Origin: Escherichia coli
GTDB taxonomy: Bacteria; Pseudomonadota; Gammaproteobacteria; Enterobacterales; Enterobacteriaceae
DNA length: 64,000 bases
Assembly: GCF_016026235.1 (NCBI RefSeq)
Contig: NZ_CP065613.1
Reading direction: 5' to 3' (one strand)
In this document: in pieces, positions 44,983-57,105 of the stretch
How positions within the stretch are numbered: the stretch's first letter is position 1
Layout: every line of letters starts with the position of its first letter
Notes under the pieces: model-generated
What the model was told of the DNA's origin: nothing
Databases searched by the model: none
What the model saw: the letters and a program-made list of their open reading frames with translations, nothing else
Program-made: the position numbers and the translations under genes

Positions 44983-47900
44983 ATGATTGAATGGATTATT
45001 CGTCGCTCGGTGGCGAACCGTTTTTTGGTGCTGATGGGCGCGTTGTTTCTAAGTATCTGGGGCACCTGGACCATCATTAACACGCCAGTGGATGCGTTGC
45101 CGGATCTCTCCGATGTGCAGGTGATTATTAAAACCAGCTATCCCGGTCAGGCACCGCAAATCGTTGAAAATCAGGTGACTTATCCGCTAACTACCACCAT
45201 GTTGTCGGTGCCTGGCGCGAAGACTGTGCGTGGTTTCTCGCAGTTTGGCGACTCTTATGTGTATGTCATTTTCGAAGATGGCACCGATCCGTACTGGGCG
45301 CGCTCGCGGGTGCTGGAGTACCTCAACCAGGTACAGGGTAAGCTGCCTGCGGGAGTCAGCGCCGAGCTGGGACCAGATGCCACGGGTGTTGGCTGGATCT
45401 ATGAATATGCACTGGTGGATCGCAGCGGTAAGCACGATCTGGCCGATTTACGCTCATTGCAGGACTGGTTTCTCAAATATGAGCTAAAAACCATCCCTGA
45501 CGTTGCGGAAGTGGCGTCGGTGGGCGGTGTGGTGAAAGAGTATCAGGTGGTTATCGATCCTCAGCGCCTGGCGCAATATGGCATCAGTCTCGCCGAAGTA
45601 AAAAGCGCGCTGGATGCTTCAAACCAGGAAGCGGGCGGTTCGTCGATCGAACTGGCGGAAGCGGAATATATGGTGCGCGCCAGCGGCTATCTGCAAACGC
45701 TCGACGACTTTAATCACATCGTTTTAAAAGCCAGTGAAAATGGCGTGCCCGTTTATCTGCGCGATGTTGCGAAGGTCCAGATTGGCCCGGAGATGCGCCG
45801 GGGCATTGCCGAACTAAACGGCGAAGGCGAAGTGGCGGGCGGGGTGGTGATCCTGCGCTCCGGCAAAAACGCCCGAGAAGTAATCGCCGCCGTGAAGGAC
45901 AAACTGGAAACGCTGAAAAGTAGTCTGCCGGAAGGCGTGGAGATAGTTACAACATACGATCGCAGCCAGCTCATTGACCGCGCCATCGACAACCTCAGCG
46001 GCAAGTTGCTGGAAGAGTTTATTGTGGTGGCGGTAGTCTGTGCGCTGTTTCTCTGGCATGTGCGCTCGGCGCTGGTGGCGATTATTTCGTTGCCGCTGGG
46101 GTTGTGTATTGCTTTTATTGTCATGCACTTCCAGGGACTGAATGCCAATATTATGTCGTTGGGTGGCATTGCGATTGCCGTCGGGGCGATGGTCGATGCC
46201 GCTATCGTCATGATCGAGAATGCACATAAACGGCTGGAAGAGTGGCAGCACCAGCATCCTGACGCCACGCTGGATAATAAAACGCGCTGGCAGGTGATTA
46301 CCGATGCATCTGTTGAAGTGGGGCCGGCGCTGTTTATCAGTCTGCTGATTATCACGCTGTCGTTTATCCCGATCTTCACCCTGGAAGGGCAGGAAGGGCG
46401 TCTGTTTGGCCCGCTGGCGTTCACTAAAACCTATGCGATGGCGGGTGCGGCGCTGCTGGCGATCGTAGTGATCCCTATCCTGATGGGTTACTGGATCCGT
46501 GGCAAAATTCCGCCGGAAAGCAGTAACCCGCTCAATCGCTTTTTGATTCGTGTTTATCATCCTCTATTGCTGAAAGTACTGCACTGGCCGAAAACCACGC
46601 TGTTGGTGGCAGCGCTTTCGGTGCTGACGGTTCTCTGGCCGCTCAATAAAGTTGGCGGGGAATTTTTACCGCAGATCAATGAAGGCGACTTGTTGTATAT
46701 GCCATCGACGCTGCCGGGGATTTCCGCAGCAGAGGCGGCGAGTATGCTGCAAAAAACCGACAAGCTAATTATGAGCGTACCTGAAGTGGCGCGGGTATTT
46801 GGCAAAACCGGGAAAGCGGAAACCGCCACCGACTCTGCTCCGCTGGAGATGGTGGAAACGACCATCCAGCTTAAGCCACAGGATCAGTGGCGGCCAGGCA
46901 TGACGATGGACAAAATCATTGAGGAACTGGATAACACCGTGCGTCTGCCGGGGCTGGCGAATCTGTGGGTGCCGCCAATTCGTAACCGTATCGATATGCT
47001 CTCAACCGGCATTAAAAGCCCCATCGGCATTAAAGTTTCCGGCACTGTGCTGGCGGATATCGACGCGATGGCGGAGCAAATTGAAGAGGTGGCACGAACG
47101 GTGCCAGGCGTGGCTTCTGCGCTTGCCGAGCGTCTGGAAGGTGGGCGCTATATCAACGTTGAGATTAACCGTGAAAAAGCCGCACGTTACGGTATGACGG
47201 TGGCGGATGTGCAGTTGTTTGTGACTTCTGCGGTGGGCGGGGCGATGGTTGGCGAAACGGTGGAAGGGATTGCCCGTTATCCCATTAATCTGCGTTATCC
47301 GCAAAGCTGGCGCGATAGTCCGCAGGCACTGCGCCAGTTGCCGATCCTGACGCCGATGAAGCAGCAAATCACTCTGGCAGACGTGGCCGATGTTAAAGTC
47401 TCTACCGGACCGTCGATGCTGAAAACCGAGAATGCGCGCCCGACGAGCTGGATTTATATCGATGCCCGCGATCGTGACATGGTGTCGGTGGTTCACGATT
47501 TGCAAAAAGCGATAGCTGAAAAAGTGCAGTTAAAACCGGGCACCAGTGTGGCATTCTCCGGGCAGTTCGAGCTACTGGAGCGCGCCAACCATAAGCTTAA
47601 ACTCATGGTGCCGATGACGTTGATGATTATCTTCGTGCTGTTGTATCTGGCGTTCCGTCGGGTGGGCGAAGCGTTGCTGATTATTAGCAGCGTACCGTTT
47701 GCGCTGGTGGGCGGCATCTGGTTGCTGTGGTGGATGGGCTTTCATCTTTCCGTGGCGACGGGCACCGGTTTTATTGCCCTTGCCGGGGTCGCCGCCGAAT
47801 TTGGCGTGGTGATGCTGATGTATTTACGTCACGCCATAGAGGCCGAGCCGTCGTTGAATAATCCGCAAACATTCAGCGAGCAGAAGCTGGATGAGGCGTT

Positions 47901-48126
47901 GTATCACGGCGCGGTACTGCGCGTGCGCCCGAAAGCGATGACGGTGGCGGTGATTATCGCTGGTCTGCTGCCGATTCTGTGGGGAACAGGAGCAGGGTCA
48001 GAGGTGATGAGCCGGATTGCCGCGCCGATGATTGGCGGCATGATCACCGCACCTTTGCTGTCGCTGTTTATTATCCCGGCGGCGTATAAGCTGATGTGGC
48101 TGCACCGACATCGGGTACGGAAATAA
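44983..48126 (+). CDS. cusA: RND heavy-metal efflux transporter
   Basis: 1047-aa ORF with 12 TM segments, RND family. Confidence 0.95.
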   Translation: MIEWIIRRSVANRFLVLMGALFLSIWGTWTIINTPVDALPDLSDVQVIIKTSYPGQAPQIVENQVTYPLTTTMLSVPGAKTVRGFSQFGDSYVYVIFEDGTDPYWARSRVLEYLNQVQGKLPAGVSAELGPDATGVGWIYEYALVDRSGKHDLADLRSLQDWFLKYELKTIPDVAEVASVGGVVKEYQVVIDPQRLAQYGISLAEVKSALDASNQEAGGSSIELAEAEYMVRASGYLQTLDDFNHIVLKASENGVPVYLRDVAKVQIGPEMRRGIAELNGEGEVAGGVVILRSGKNAREVIAAVKDKLETLKSSLPEGVEIVTTYDRSQLIDRAIDNLSGKLLEEFIVVAVVCALFLWHVRSALVAIISLPLGLCIAFIVMHFQGLNANIMSLGGIAIAVGAMVDAAIVMIENAHKRLEEWQHQHPDATLDNKTRWQVITDASVEVGPALFISLLIITLSFIPIFTLEGQEGRLFGPLAFTKTYAMAGAALLAIVVIPILMGYWIRGKIPPESSNPLNRFLIRVYHPLLLKVLHWPKTTLLVAALSVLTVLWPLNKVGGEFLPQINEGDLLYMPSTLPGISAAEAASMLQKTDKLIMSVPEVARVFGKTGKAETATDSAPLEMVETTIQLKPQDQWRPGMTMDKIIEELDNTVRLPGLANLWVPPIRNRIDMLSTGIKSPIGIKVSGTVLADIDAMAEQIEEVARTVPGVASALAERLEGGRYINVEINREKAARYGMTVADVQLFVTSAVGGAMVGETVEGIARYPINLRYPQSWRDSPQALRQLPILTPMKQQITLADVADVKVSTGPSMLKTENARPTSWIYIDARDRDMVSVVHDLQKAIAEKVQLKPGTSVAFSGQFELLERANHKLKLMVPMTLMIIFVLLYLAFRRVGEALLIISSVPFALVGGIWLLWWMGFHLSVATGTGFIALAGVAAEFGVVMLMYLRHAIEAEPSLNNPQTFSEQKLDEALYHGAVLRVRPKAMTVAVIIAGLLPILWGTGAGSEVMSRIAAPMIGGMITAPLLSLFIIPAAYKLMWLHRHRVRK

Positions 48127-48227
48127 AAGCAGGATACCCCGTTTAACCGTGTGGATTGTGTCTTGCGACGATGGGCACTAAATGTTAAAAGGTGCCCCTC
48201 AACAAAAAAGACACACAGGGGAAAGGC

Positions 48228-49604
48228 GTGAAAAACGCGTCAATCGTATCGGAAGATACTGCGTCGAATCAAGAGCCGACGCTTCATCGCGGATTACATA
48301 ACCGTCATATTCAACTGATTGCGCTGGGTGGCGCCATTGGTACTGGTCTGTTTCTTGGCATTGGCCCGGCGATTCAGATGGCGGGTCCGGCTGTATTGCT
48401 GGGCTACGGCGTCGCCGGGATCATCGCTTTCCTGATTATGCGCCAGCTCGGCGAGATGGTGGTCGAAGAGCCTGTATCCGGTTCATTTGCCCACTTTGCC
48501 TATAAATACTGGGGACCGTTCGCCGGGTTCCTCTCCGGCTGGAACTACTGGGTGATGTTCGTGCTGGTGGGAATGGCAGAGCTGACCGCTGCGGGCATCT
48601 ATATGCAGTACTGGTTCCAGGATGTTCCAACGTGGATTTGGGCTGCCGCCTTCTTTATTATCATCAACGCCGTTAACCTGGTAAACGTGCGCTTATATGG
48701 CGAAACTGAGTTCTGGTTTGCGCTGATTAAAGTGCTGGCAATCATCGGTATGATCGGCTTTGGTCTGTGGCTGCTGTTTTCTGGGCACGGCGGCGAGAAA
48801 GCCAGTATCGACAACCTCTGGCGCTACGGTGGTTTCTTCGCCACCGGCTGGAATGGGCTGATTTTGTCGCTGGCGGTAATTATGTTCTCCTTCGGCGGTC
48901 TGGAGCTGATCGGGATTACTGCCGCTGAAGCGCGCGATCCGGAAAAAAGCATTCCAAAAGCGGTAAATCAGGTGGTGTATCGCATCCTGCTGTTTTACAT
49001 CGGTTCACTGGTGGTTTTACTGGCGCTCTATCCGTGGGTGGAAGTGAAATCCAACAGTAGCCCGTTTGTGATGATTTTCCATAATCTCGACAGCAACGTG
49101 GTAGCTTCTGCGCTGAACTTCGTCATTCTGGTAGCATCGCTGTCAGTGTATAACAGCGGGGTTTACTCTAACAGCCGCATGCTGTTTGGCCTTTCTGTGC
49201 AGGGTAATGCGCCGAAGTTTTTGACTCGCGTCAGCCGTCGCGGTGTGCCGATTAACTCGCTGATGCTTTCCGGAGCGATCACTTCGCTGGTGGTATTAAT
49301 CAACTATCTGCTGCCGCAAAAAGCGTTTGGTCTGCTGATGGCGCTGGTGGTAGCAACGCTGCTGTTGAACTGGATTATGATCTGCCTGGCGCATCTGCGT
49401 TTTCGTGCTGCGATGCGACGTCAGGGACGTGAAACACAGTTTAAGGCGTTGCTTTATCCGTTCGGCAACTATCTTTGCATTGCCTTCCTCGGCATGATTT
49501 TGCTGCTGATGTGCACGATGGATGATATGCGCTTGTCAGCGATTCTGCTGCCGGTGTGGATTGTATTCCTGTTTGTAGCATTTAAAACGCTGCGTCGGAA
49601 ATAA
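48228..49604 (+). CDS. pheP: Phenylalanine-specific permease (APC family)
   Basis: 458 aa from a GTG start (MKNASIVSED); the track ORF begins at an upstream in-frame ATG (48192). Confidence 0.9.
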   Translation: MKNASIVSEDTASNQEPTLHRGLHNRHIQLIALGGAIGTGLFLGIGPAIQMAGPAVLLGYGVAGIIAFLIMRQLGEMVVEEPVSGSFAHFAYKYWGPFAGFLSGWNYWVMFVLVGMAELTAAGIYMQYWFQDVPTWIWAAAFFIIINAVNLVNVRLYGETEFWFALIKVLAIIGMIGFGLWLLFSGHGGEKASIDNLWRYGGFFATGWNGLILSLAVIMFSFGGLELIGITAAEARDPEKSIPKAVNQVVYRILLFYIGSLVVLLALYPWVEVKSNSSPFVMIFHNLDSNVVASALNFVILVASLSVYNSGVYSNSRMLFGLSVQGNAPKFLTRVSRRGVPINSLMLSGAITSLVVLINYLLPQKAFGLLMALVVATLLLNWIMICLAHLRFRAAMRRQGRETQFKALLYPFGNYLCIAFLGMILLLMCTMDDMRLSAILLPVWIVFLFVAFKTLRRK

Positions 49605-49637
49605 GGCATTCACGCTACATCCGACAAAACGATGTCC

Positions 49638-49669
49638 GCTCTCATCCATTCGATGAGAGCGTTTTTTTT
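49638..49669. terminator. Bidirectional terminator shared by convergent pheP and ybdG
   Basis: Hairpin gctctcatc-cattc-gatgagagc followed by a T8 run (A-rich on the opposite strand). Confidence 0.75.
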
Positions 49670-49671
49670 AA

Positions 49672-50967
<1,296 letters not shown>

Positions 50968-51029
50968 TTATGCAAATCAGGAGAATCTGAGGGGGGATTT
51001 CCTGCGAGGGCTGATGGCAAATACAAAAT

Positions 51030-51118
51030 TGCCTGATGCGCTACGCTTATCATGCCTACCTGAATGAATTGGCACGAACTTGTAGGCAGGATAAGGCGGT
51101 CACGCCGCATCCGGCATA
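51030..51118. repeat. REP/BIME palindromic repeats
   Basis: gcctgatgcgctacgcttatca… and gtaggcaggataaggcggtcacgccgcatccggca units between ybdG and nfsB. Confidence 0.75.
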
Positions 51119-51176
51119 AACAAAGCGCACTTTGTCAGCAATCTGAGCCGGGATGGGGTCCCGGCTGTCAGGAGAA

Positions 51177-51830
51177 TTACACTTCGGTTAAGGTGATGTT
51201 TTGCGGCAGACGAGATTTCGGCAGCGTAGCGTTAAAATCTTCAACGCTGTGATGACCTACCGGAACAACCACCAGACTGGTGTAGCCTTTCTCTTTCAGA
51301 CCAAATTCTGCATCGAGGATGGCGGCGTCAAAACCTTCGATGGGTACCGCGTCCAGACCCAGAGCCGCCACGCCGAGCAGGAAGTTACCGACGTTGAGAT
51401 AAACCTGTTTTGCCATCCACTCTGCATCATCATGCAGATCTTTACGGTGCATATCAGCGAAGAACTTGCGACCTTTATCGTTCGCGGCTTTCGCTTCCGG
51501 CGTGGCAAAGCGGCCATCAGCATCTTCCTGGTCAACAACCAGCTTCAGCCAGGCATCGTCCATCGCGGTTTTTGCACAGAACACCACGACGTGCGAGGCA
51601 TCAAGTATTTTACGTTCGTTGAACACATAATTACCGGCAGCGGATTTGGCAACACGCGCTTTACCTTCTTCCGTGCTGGCAACAATAAAATGCCACGGCT
51701 GGGAGTTGGTGCTGGATGGGCTGTATTGCAGGAGAGTTTTGATCTGCTCGGCCTGTTCCGGGGTAAGTTTTTTGCTGGCATCAAATGCCTTAGTGGAATG
51801 ACGCTTTAAGGCGACAGAAATGATATCCAT
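51177..51830 (-). CDS. nfsB: Oxygen-insensitive NAD(P)H nitroreductase
   Basis: 217 aa from [17 protein letters not shown]. Confidence 0.93.
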   Translation of the reverse strand: MDIISVALKRHSTKAFDASKKLTPEQAEQIKTLLQYSPSSTNSQPWHFIVASTEEGKARVAKSAAGNYVFNERKILDASHVVVFCAKTAMDDAWLKLVVDQEDADGRFATPEAKAANDKGRKFFADMHRKDLHDDAEWMAKQVYLNVGNFLLGVAALGLDAVPIEGFDAAILDAEFGLKEKGYTSLVVVPVGHHSVEDFNATLPKSRLPQNITLTEV

Positions 51831-51923
51831 AAAGACTCCATGTGAAAGTAATTTTGCGTGCCAGCAGATTACAAGGTTCAACGAGAAATGGTAAGCGAGA
51901 AAAATGCGCTATAGATTTCCGCT

Positions 51924-52292
51924 TTAGCCTGGACGCACTCTTTTTTGATCGCGTTTAGCCAGACCATCAACCACCAGATTCCACGAATCGTTGATCAGAT
52001 CGCGAAGTAACGCTTCGGAGATTTCCTCGCCGGGATACACCGAAATCCAGTGCTTTTTATTCATGTGATACCCTGGCTTAATGCTCGGGTATATCTGCTG
52101 ATTTAACAGGGATTTTTGTGGATCGGACTTCAGATTGATAAAGGGGACGCCGCGTAGCTCCGACGACAGCATAAAAATCTTGCCGCCAATTTTAAAAACA
52201 TCGAACTCCGGGCCAAAAGGCCAGCAAAGCTCGACAAAGGGTAACTCAAGGGCCAGGCGTTTCGCCGTTTCGTGCAGTGATTGTTTATCCAT
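51924..52292 (-). CDS. ybdF: Uncharacterised DUF419-like protein
   Basis: 122 aa from [13 protein letters not shown]; the track ORF is extended upstream and would overlap ybdJ. Confidence 0.75.
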
Positions 52293-52356
52293 AAACGTTC
52301 CTTTAGGCGAAGGAGAATAAGCAAAGTATGCCGCGAAGTACGGCGATAATCGACGT

Positions 52357-52605
52357 TTAATCCGCCAGCGAGAACCAGCGTCGCCAGATAAAGCGCAGAA
52401 CAAAATACTCAATAGCGCCCAGCACTAAAAACCACAGACAAAACAATAAAGTGTAAAGCTGACTAAGATCCATCAGATGGAACGTGGTCACCAGTTTTTG
52501 TGCCAGCGTCAGCCCCAGTGCGGGGGCGGGCAGCAGCAGGCAAGAGAGGAAAGCCATCAGCAAAATGCCTGCTGCGGTGGTCAAGGTTTCTAAAGGGTGT
52601 TTCAT
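52357..52605 (-). CDS. ybdJ: Small inner-membrane protein (DUF1158)
   Basis: 82-aa ORF with two hydrophobic segments; synteny. Confidence 0.75.
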
Positions 52606-52670
52606 AACATTGTTAAATGTAAGTTAAAACACCATTGTCAGGGATATTCTTCTGTAAGGCAATTCCCGAC

Positions 52671-53798
<1,128 letters not shown>

Positions 53799-54126
53799 TT
53801 ATGTTGGCGTTTTCTATTCAGTATAGAAGTCGGAGCGGCTGGGCGAGATGCGGAAGTTCTGGAATGTTTCTTTTTTTGATGATGGTGACTGAAGCAAATT
53901 GGCTACATTTTGCAATGTGACCAGTTGCGTCATAGTTGGCTGGCGGCGAAGAATTTTGACGATTGCGGCATGCAGAAAAAAACGGGTTCAGCTTCAGTTG
54001 ATTAAATGAGGAGTGAGAAGTCCGAAACAGGATTCACTGTATAAATAAACAGCCATTTTGTTGAGGAAGGGTAAGATAACGGCGGGTGCCTGAAGCTTTC
54101 CGGTTTCAGGTTTACTCTGAGGTCTG

Positions 54127-54185
54127 GAAAGATGAAGCCCCAGGAGATATTTCTATCAACCCTGGGGCTGCCACTCCAAACCAGA
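54127..54185 (-). ncRNA. sokE: Putative Sok-type antisense RNA, hok copy 1
   Basis: Placed by analogy with known hok/sok loci (antisense to the mok leader 45-100 nt upstream of hok); exact ends were not determined. Confidence 0.35.
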
Positions 54186-54229
54186 CAATTTGGATGGTAG
54201 TTCCTTCTTCGCATGGAGGCAATATAAAC

Positions 54230-54382
54230 ATGCTGACGAAATATGCCCTTGTGGCAGTCATAGTGCTGTGTTTGACGGTACTGGGATTTACGCTTCTGGT
54301 CGGAGACTCGCTGTGTGAGTTTACGGTGAAGGAACGTAATATTGAGTTCAGGGCTGTTCTCGCTTACGAACCGAAGAAGTAG
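54230..54382 (+). CDS. hokE: Hok-family type I toxin (50 aa), copy 1
   Basis: [50 protein letters not shown]; overlapped in frame by a mok-like ORF starting at GTG 54086. Confidence 0.88.
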   Translation: MLTKYALVAVIVLCLTVLGFTLLVGDSLCEFTVKERNIEFRAVLAYEPKK

Positions 54383-54404
54383 CCGTTGTGCGGGGAGTAA
54401 TCCC

Positions 54405-55698
54405 CTGAGGGATCCCCAGAAAATTTAGTAAACCATTATCATATTGGTATACCGTTGCTGTAGAACTTTCAGCCCTGCGTCAAGTGACAGTGTGTTTAGT
54501 ATGAGTGGAGAATGTCGAATCACATTCTCCGCCAGTTTTAATAACGAGATGACTCGCCTGTGCTTCACTGTATTTGCCTGATATTTATGATGTATCCCTT
54601 TGTTTTCCAGGCTGAAACCGCTTAACCACATAATGATACTGGCTAATGTTGCGATCAGACTCAATACCGTGACCCGCCCGGATGAATGACTGGCACCAAA
54701 CCGTAGTCCAAATCCCCAGCGAGGATTTTTTTCATCCCTGAAATTTTGCTCAATTTGCATTCTACGGCTGTATAATTTCATTACCTGTTTTGGCGAGAAC
54801 TCAGTACTGTTTGTGAAAATAAACCATGGTGATTTCCCGGCAGTACGAGCTTTAGCCGTCACCGATGGTCTGGTTGCTCTTTCCTTCGAGCGTTTAAATC
54901 TACGACCTTTAGGCTTACTTTTATAAAGATAAAAATGCCCTTCATGTTGTGCATTTTTATCTCGACCCAGCAGGCCTTCACCTAAATAAATTGCTGTCGT
55001 TGATGCTTTTGTGCCTGAGTCCGACACCTTTTCCCAGCCATTACCAACATTGTAATAATGATTGCCCAGTACCCGGCAAATATAGGTCCAGCCACGGGAG
55101 CGGAGCTGTTGGAACCATCGCCCCTGAAAACCGGCATCTGTAATAACAATGACATCAGTCCCGGGGGAAAAGCACTCAGCAAGCGATTCCAGAAAACGCT
55201 CATGTACATCTGCATTCGCTGTCTGTGATGATGGAACGACACAACTCATCAACGGTAAAGAACGCCCGTCACATGCCAGGCTTGCCCGCAAAAGCTGAAA
55301 ACGAGAGGCATGATAAGCACTCCAGTCAATGAGTATCACAACACGAGACATTCCCCGCGTAATCTTTTGGGTAATTCGCTGAAAAATGGTGGAAACCTCA
55401 TTTTGCAAATGTCGATTCCCCAACAGTCGATCCACCCGCTTTATTTTGTTTTTAACTGATGCCGTACCGGTTAAATGACGCCCGATACTGGTAAGTGTGA
55501 GGGAAGCGCCATTTATTACAGCATTAGTTGCGTCAATCAGTGATTTTTGACGGTAAAGATGCAAAGGGGCCAGTATATTGTTAAGGAAATTTTGGCATAA
55601 TGAACGTGCAGGCATAGTGGTGATCTCCTTGAAATTGTTAGCACAATCAATTAGATCACATCTCACTATGCCTGTCTTGTTTTCTGGGGATTCCTCAG
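54405..55698 (-). mobile_element. IS4-family insertion sequence, about 1.3 kb (IS186-like by position and target, IS10-like by ends and transposase)
   Basis: Imperfect terminal inverted repeats ctgagggatccccagaaaa / ctgaggaatccccagaaaa; flanked by a roughly 10-bp direct repeat (gagtaatccc); inserted in a GGGG-N-CCCC hairpin 22 bp after the hok stop; boundaries uncertain by 1-2 nt. Confidence 0.8.
54425..55615 (-). CDS. DDE transposase, IS4 family
   Basis: 396 aa from MPARSLCQNFLNN; DDE residues (VILIDWS, VITDAGF) and the YSRRMQIEQNFRDEK signature; the 568-aa track ORF is a read-through from flanking DNA. Confidence 0.85.
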   Translation of the reverse strand: MPARSLCQNFLNNILAPLHLYRQKSLIDATNAVINGASLTLTSIGRHLTGTASVKNKIKRVDRLLGNRHLQNEVSTIFQRITQKITRGMSRVVILIDWSAYHASRFQLLRASLACDGRSLPLMSCVVPSSQTANADVHERFLESLAECFSPGTDVIVITDAGFQGRWFQQLRSRGWTYICRVLGNHYYNVGNGWEKVSDSGTKASTTAIYLGEGLLGRDKNAQHEGHFYLYKSKPKGRRFKRSKERATRPSVTAKARTAGKSPWFIFTNSTEFSPKQVMKLYSRRMQIEQNFRDEKNPRWGFGLRFGASHSSGRVTVLSLIATLASIIMWLSGFSLENKGIHHKYQANTVKHRRVISLLKLAENVIRHSPLILNTLSLDAGLKVLQQRYTNMIMVY

Positions 55699-55932
55699 GA
55701 GTAATCCCCGCATATCCGGTTGTCAGGTCAGGATGGTAAGGCACCTGCTTTACACTTTCGCCCGCGGTCAGTGATGGCTGCGGGCGATTTCGTTTTAAGA
55801 GCAATGATGAGTTTTGCCGACAGAAGTCCGAAACAGGACTCACTGTATAAATAAACAGCCATTTTGCTAAGGAAGGGTAAGATAACGGCGGGTGCCTGAA
55901 GCTTTCCGGTTTCAGGTTAACTCTGAGGTCTG

Positions 55933-55992
55933 GAAAGATGAAGCCCCAGGAGATATTTCTATCAATCCTGGGGCTGCCACTCCGAGCCTCAA
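55933..55992 (-). ncRNA. Putative Sok-type antisense RNA, hok copy 2
   Basis: Homologous position to copy 1; exact ends were not determined. Confidence 0.3.
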
Positions 55993-56036
55993 CAACTCGG
56001 ATGGTAGTCCCTTCTTCGCATGGAGGCAATATAAAC

Positions 56037-56189
56037 ATGCTGACGAAATATGCCCTTGTGGCAGTCATAGTGCTGTGTTTGACGGTGCTGGGATTTACGC
56101 TTCTGGTCGGAGAGTCGCTGTGTGAGTTCACCGTAAAGGAACGTAATATTGAGTTTAAGGCTGTTCTCGCTTACGAACCGAAGAAGTAG
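56037..56189 (+). CDS. Hok-family type I toxin (50 aa), copy 2
   Basis: [50 protein letters not shown]; intact 3' hairpin gcggggagcaatccccgc downstream. Confidence 0.85.
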   Translation: MLTKYALVAVIVLCLTVLGFTLLVGESLCEFTVKERNIEFKAVLAYEPKK

Positions 56190-56310
56190 TCGTTGTGCGG
56201 GGAGCAATCCCCGCATATCCGGTTGTCAGGTCAGAGTGGTAAGGCACCTGCTTTACACTTTCGCCCGCAGTCAGTGATGGCTGCGGGCGAATCGTACCAG
56301 ATGTTGTCAA

Positions 56311-56940
56311 TTAATCGTGTTGGCACAGAGTTATGACTATTTTTTCTTTTATCTGCCAGTGCACAGCAAACATCTCATTCTCACGATGAATGATGACCTG
56401 CTGTTTATTCCAGCTAATTATCTGATAGTCCAGAAAACCTGCATCAGTTTGGATCTCACTTGCCTTAAATGCGCTCTCTTTGGCGGAAAATGCCAGTGTC
56501 AGCGCCAGAGAAAAGGCTAAACCGCAGTCTGCGAGTCGCTCGTGTTCTGCTGGTGTAATAATGTTGTCTGCCAATTCGGTCGCTGTTTGCGCAGAAAAAA
56601 TTTCTTCGATATCAACGCCAATCGGTTGACGGGAAACCACGGCCAATGCCGTAGCCCCGCAGTGGCTAATACTGCCGTATACCTCCGCAGGCCACACCGG
56701 TTGGCGTAGCTCGCCGATTGCGGGCACACATTTATAGCCATATTCCCGCAAGGCATAAACAGCAGCGATCCGTCCGGCTAAATGCTCTGTTTTACGTTTA
56801 CGTCCAGCGTGTTGCAGTTGTGCGTAGTGCGGCAGCCAGAGTAAATCCTGCTCACAAAAATTCGCCGGATCGAACTCAACAAAATGCAGCGTATGTCCGG
56901 CAAAGGGGAGGGAGGTATGCGTAGTTTTCATATCGACCAT
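56311..56940 (-). CDS. entD: Enterobactin synthase phosphopantetheinyl transferase
   Basis: 209 aa from MVDMKTTHTSLPFAGHTLHF; the track ORF is extended upstream into the REP region. Confidence 0.88.
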   Translation of the reverse strand: MVDMKTTHTSLPFAGHTLHFVEFDPANFCEQDLLWLPHYAQLQHAGRKRKTEHLAGRIAAVYALREYGYKCVPAIGELRQPVWPAEVYGSISHCGATALAVVSRQPIGVDIEEIFSAQTATELADNIITPAEHERLADCGLAFSLALTLAFSAKESAFKASEIQTDAGFLDYQIISWNKQQVIIHRENEMFAVHWQIKEKIVITLCQHD

Positions 56941-56944
56941 ATCC

Positions 56945-57070
56945 GAGACTGATGACAAACGCAAAACTGCCTGATGCGCTACGCTTATCAGGCCTACATG
57001 GTCCTGCAATATATTGAATTGGCAAGATTTTTGTAGGCCGGATAAGGCGTTCACGCCGCATCCGGCATGA
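56945..57070. repeat. REP/BIME palindromic repeats
   Basis: ctgatgcgctacgcttatcaggcctaca and gtaggccggataaggcgttcacgccgcatccggca units between entD and fepA. Confidence 0.75.
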
Positions 57071-57105
57071 ACGACGCGCACTTTGTCAACAATCTGACGT
57101 TAGCA

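Noticed and set aside
45753-46560. Two long minus-strand ORFs (223 and 248 aa) inside cusA
   Set aside because: Antisense shadow ORFs within a highly conserved RND transporter gene; low-complexity Arg/Gln-rich translations.
51201-51809. 202-aa plus-strand ORF antisense to nfsB
   Set aside because: Shadow ORF fully overlapping nfsB.
54425-56131. 568-aa minus-strand ORF spanning the IS element and the second hok region
   Set aside because: The N-terminal 172 residues are read-through from flanking hok-locus DNA outside the IS inverted repeat; the plausible transposase begins at MPARSL (55615).
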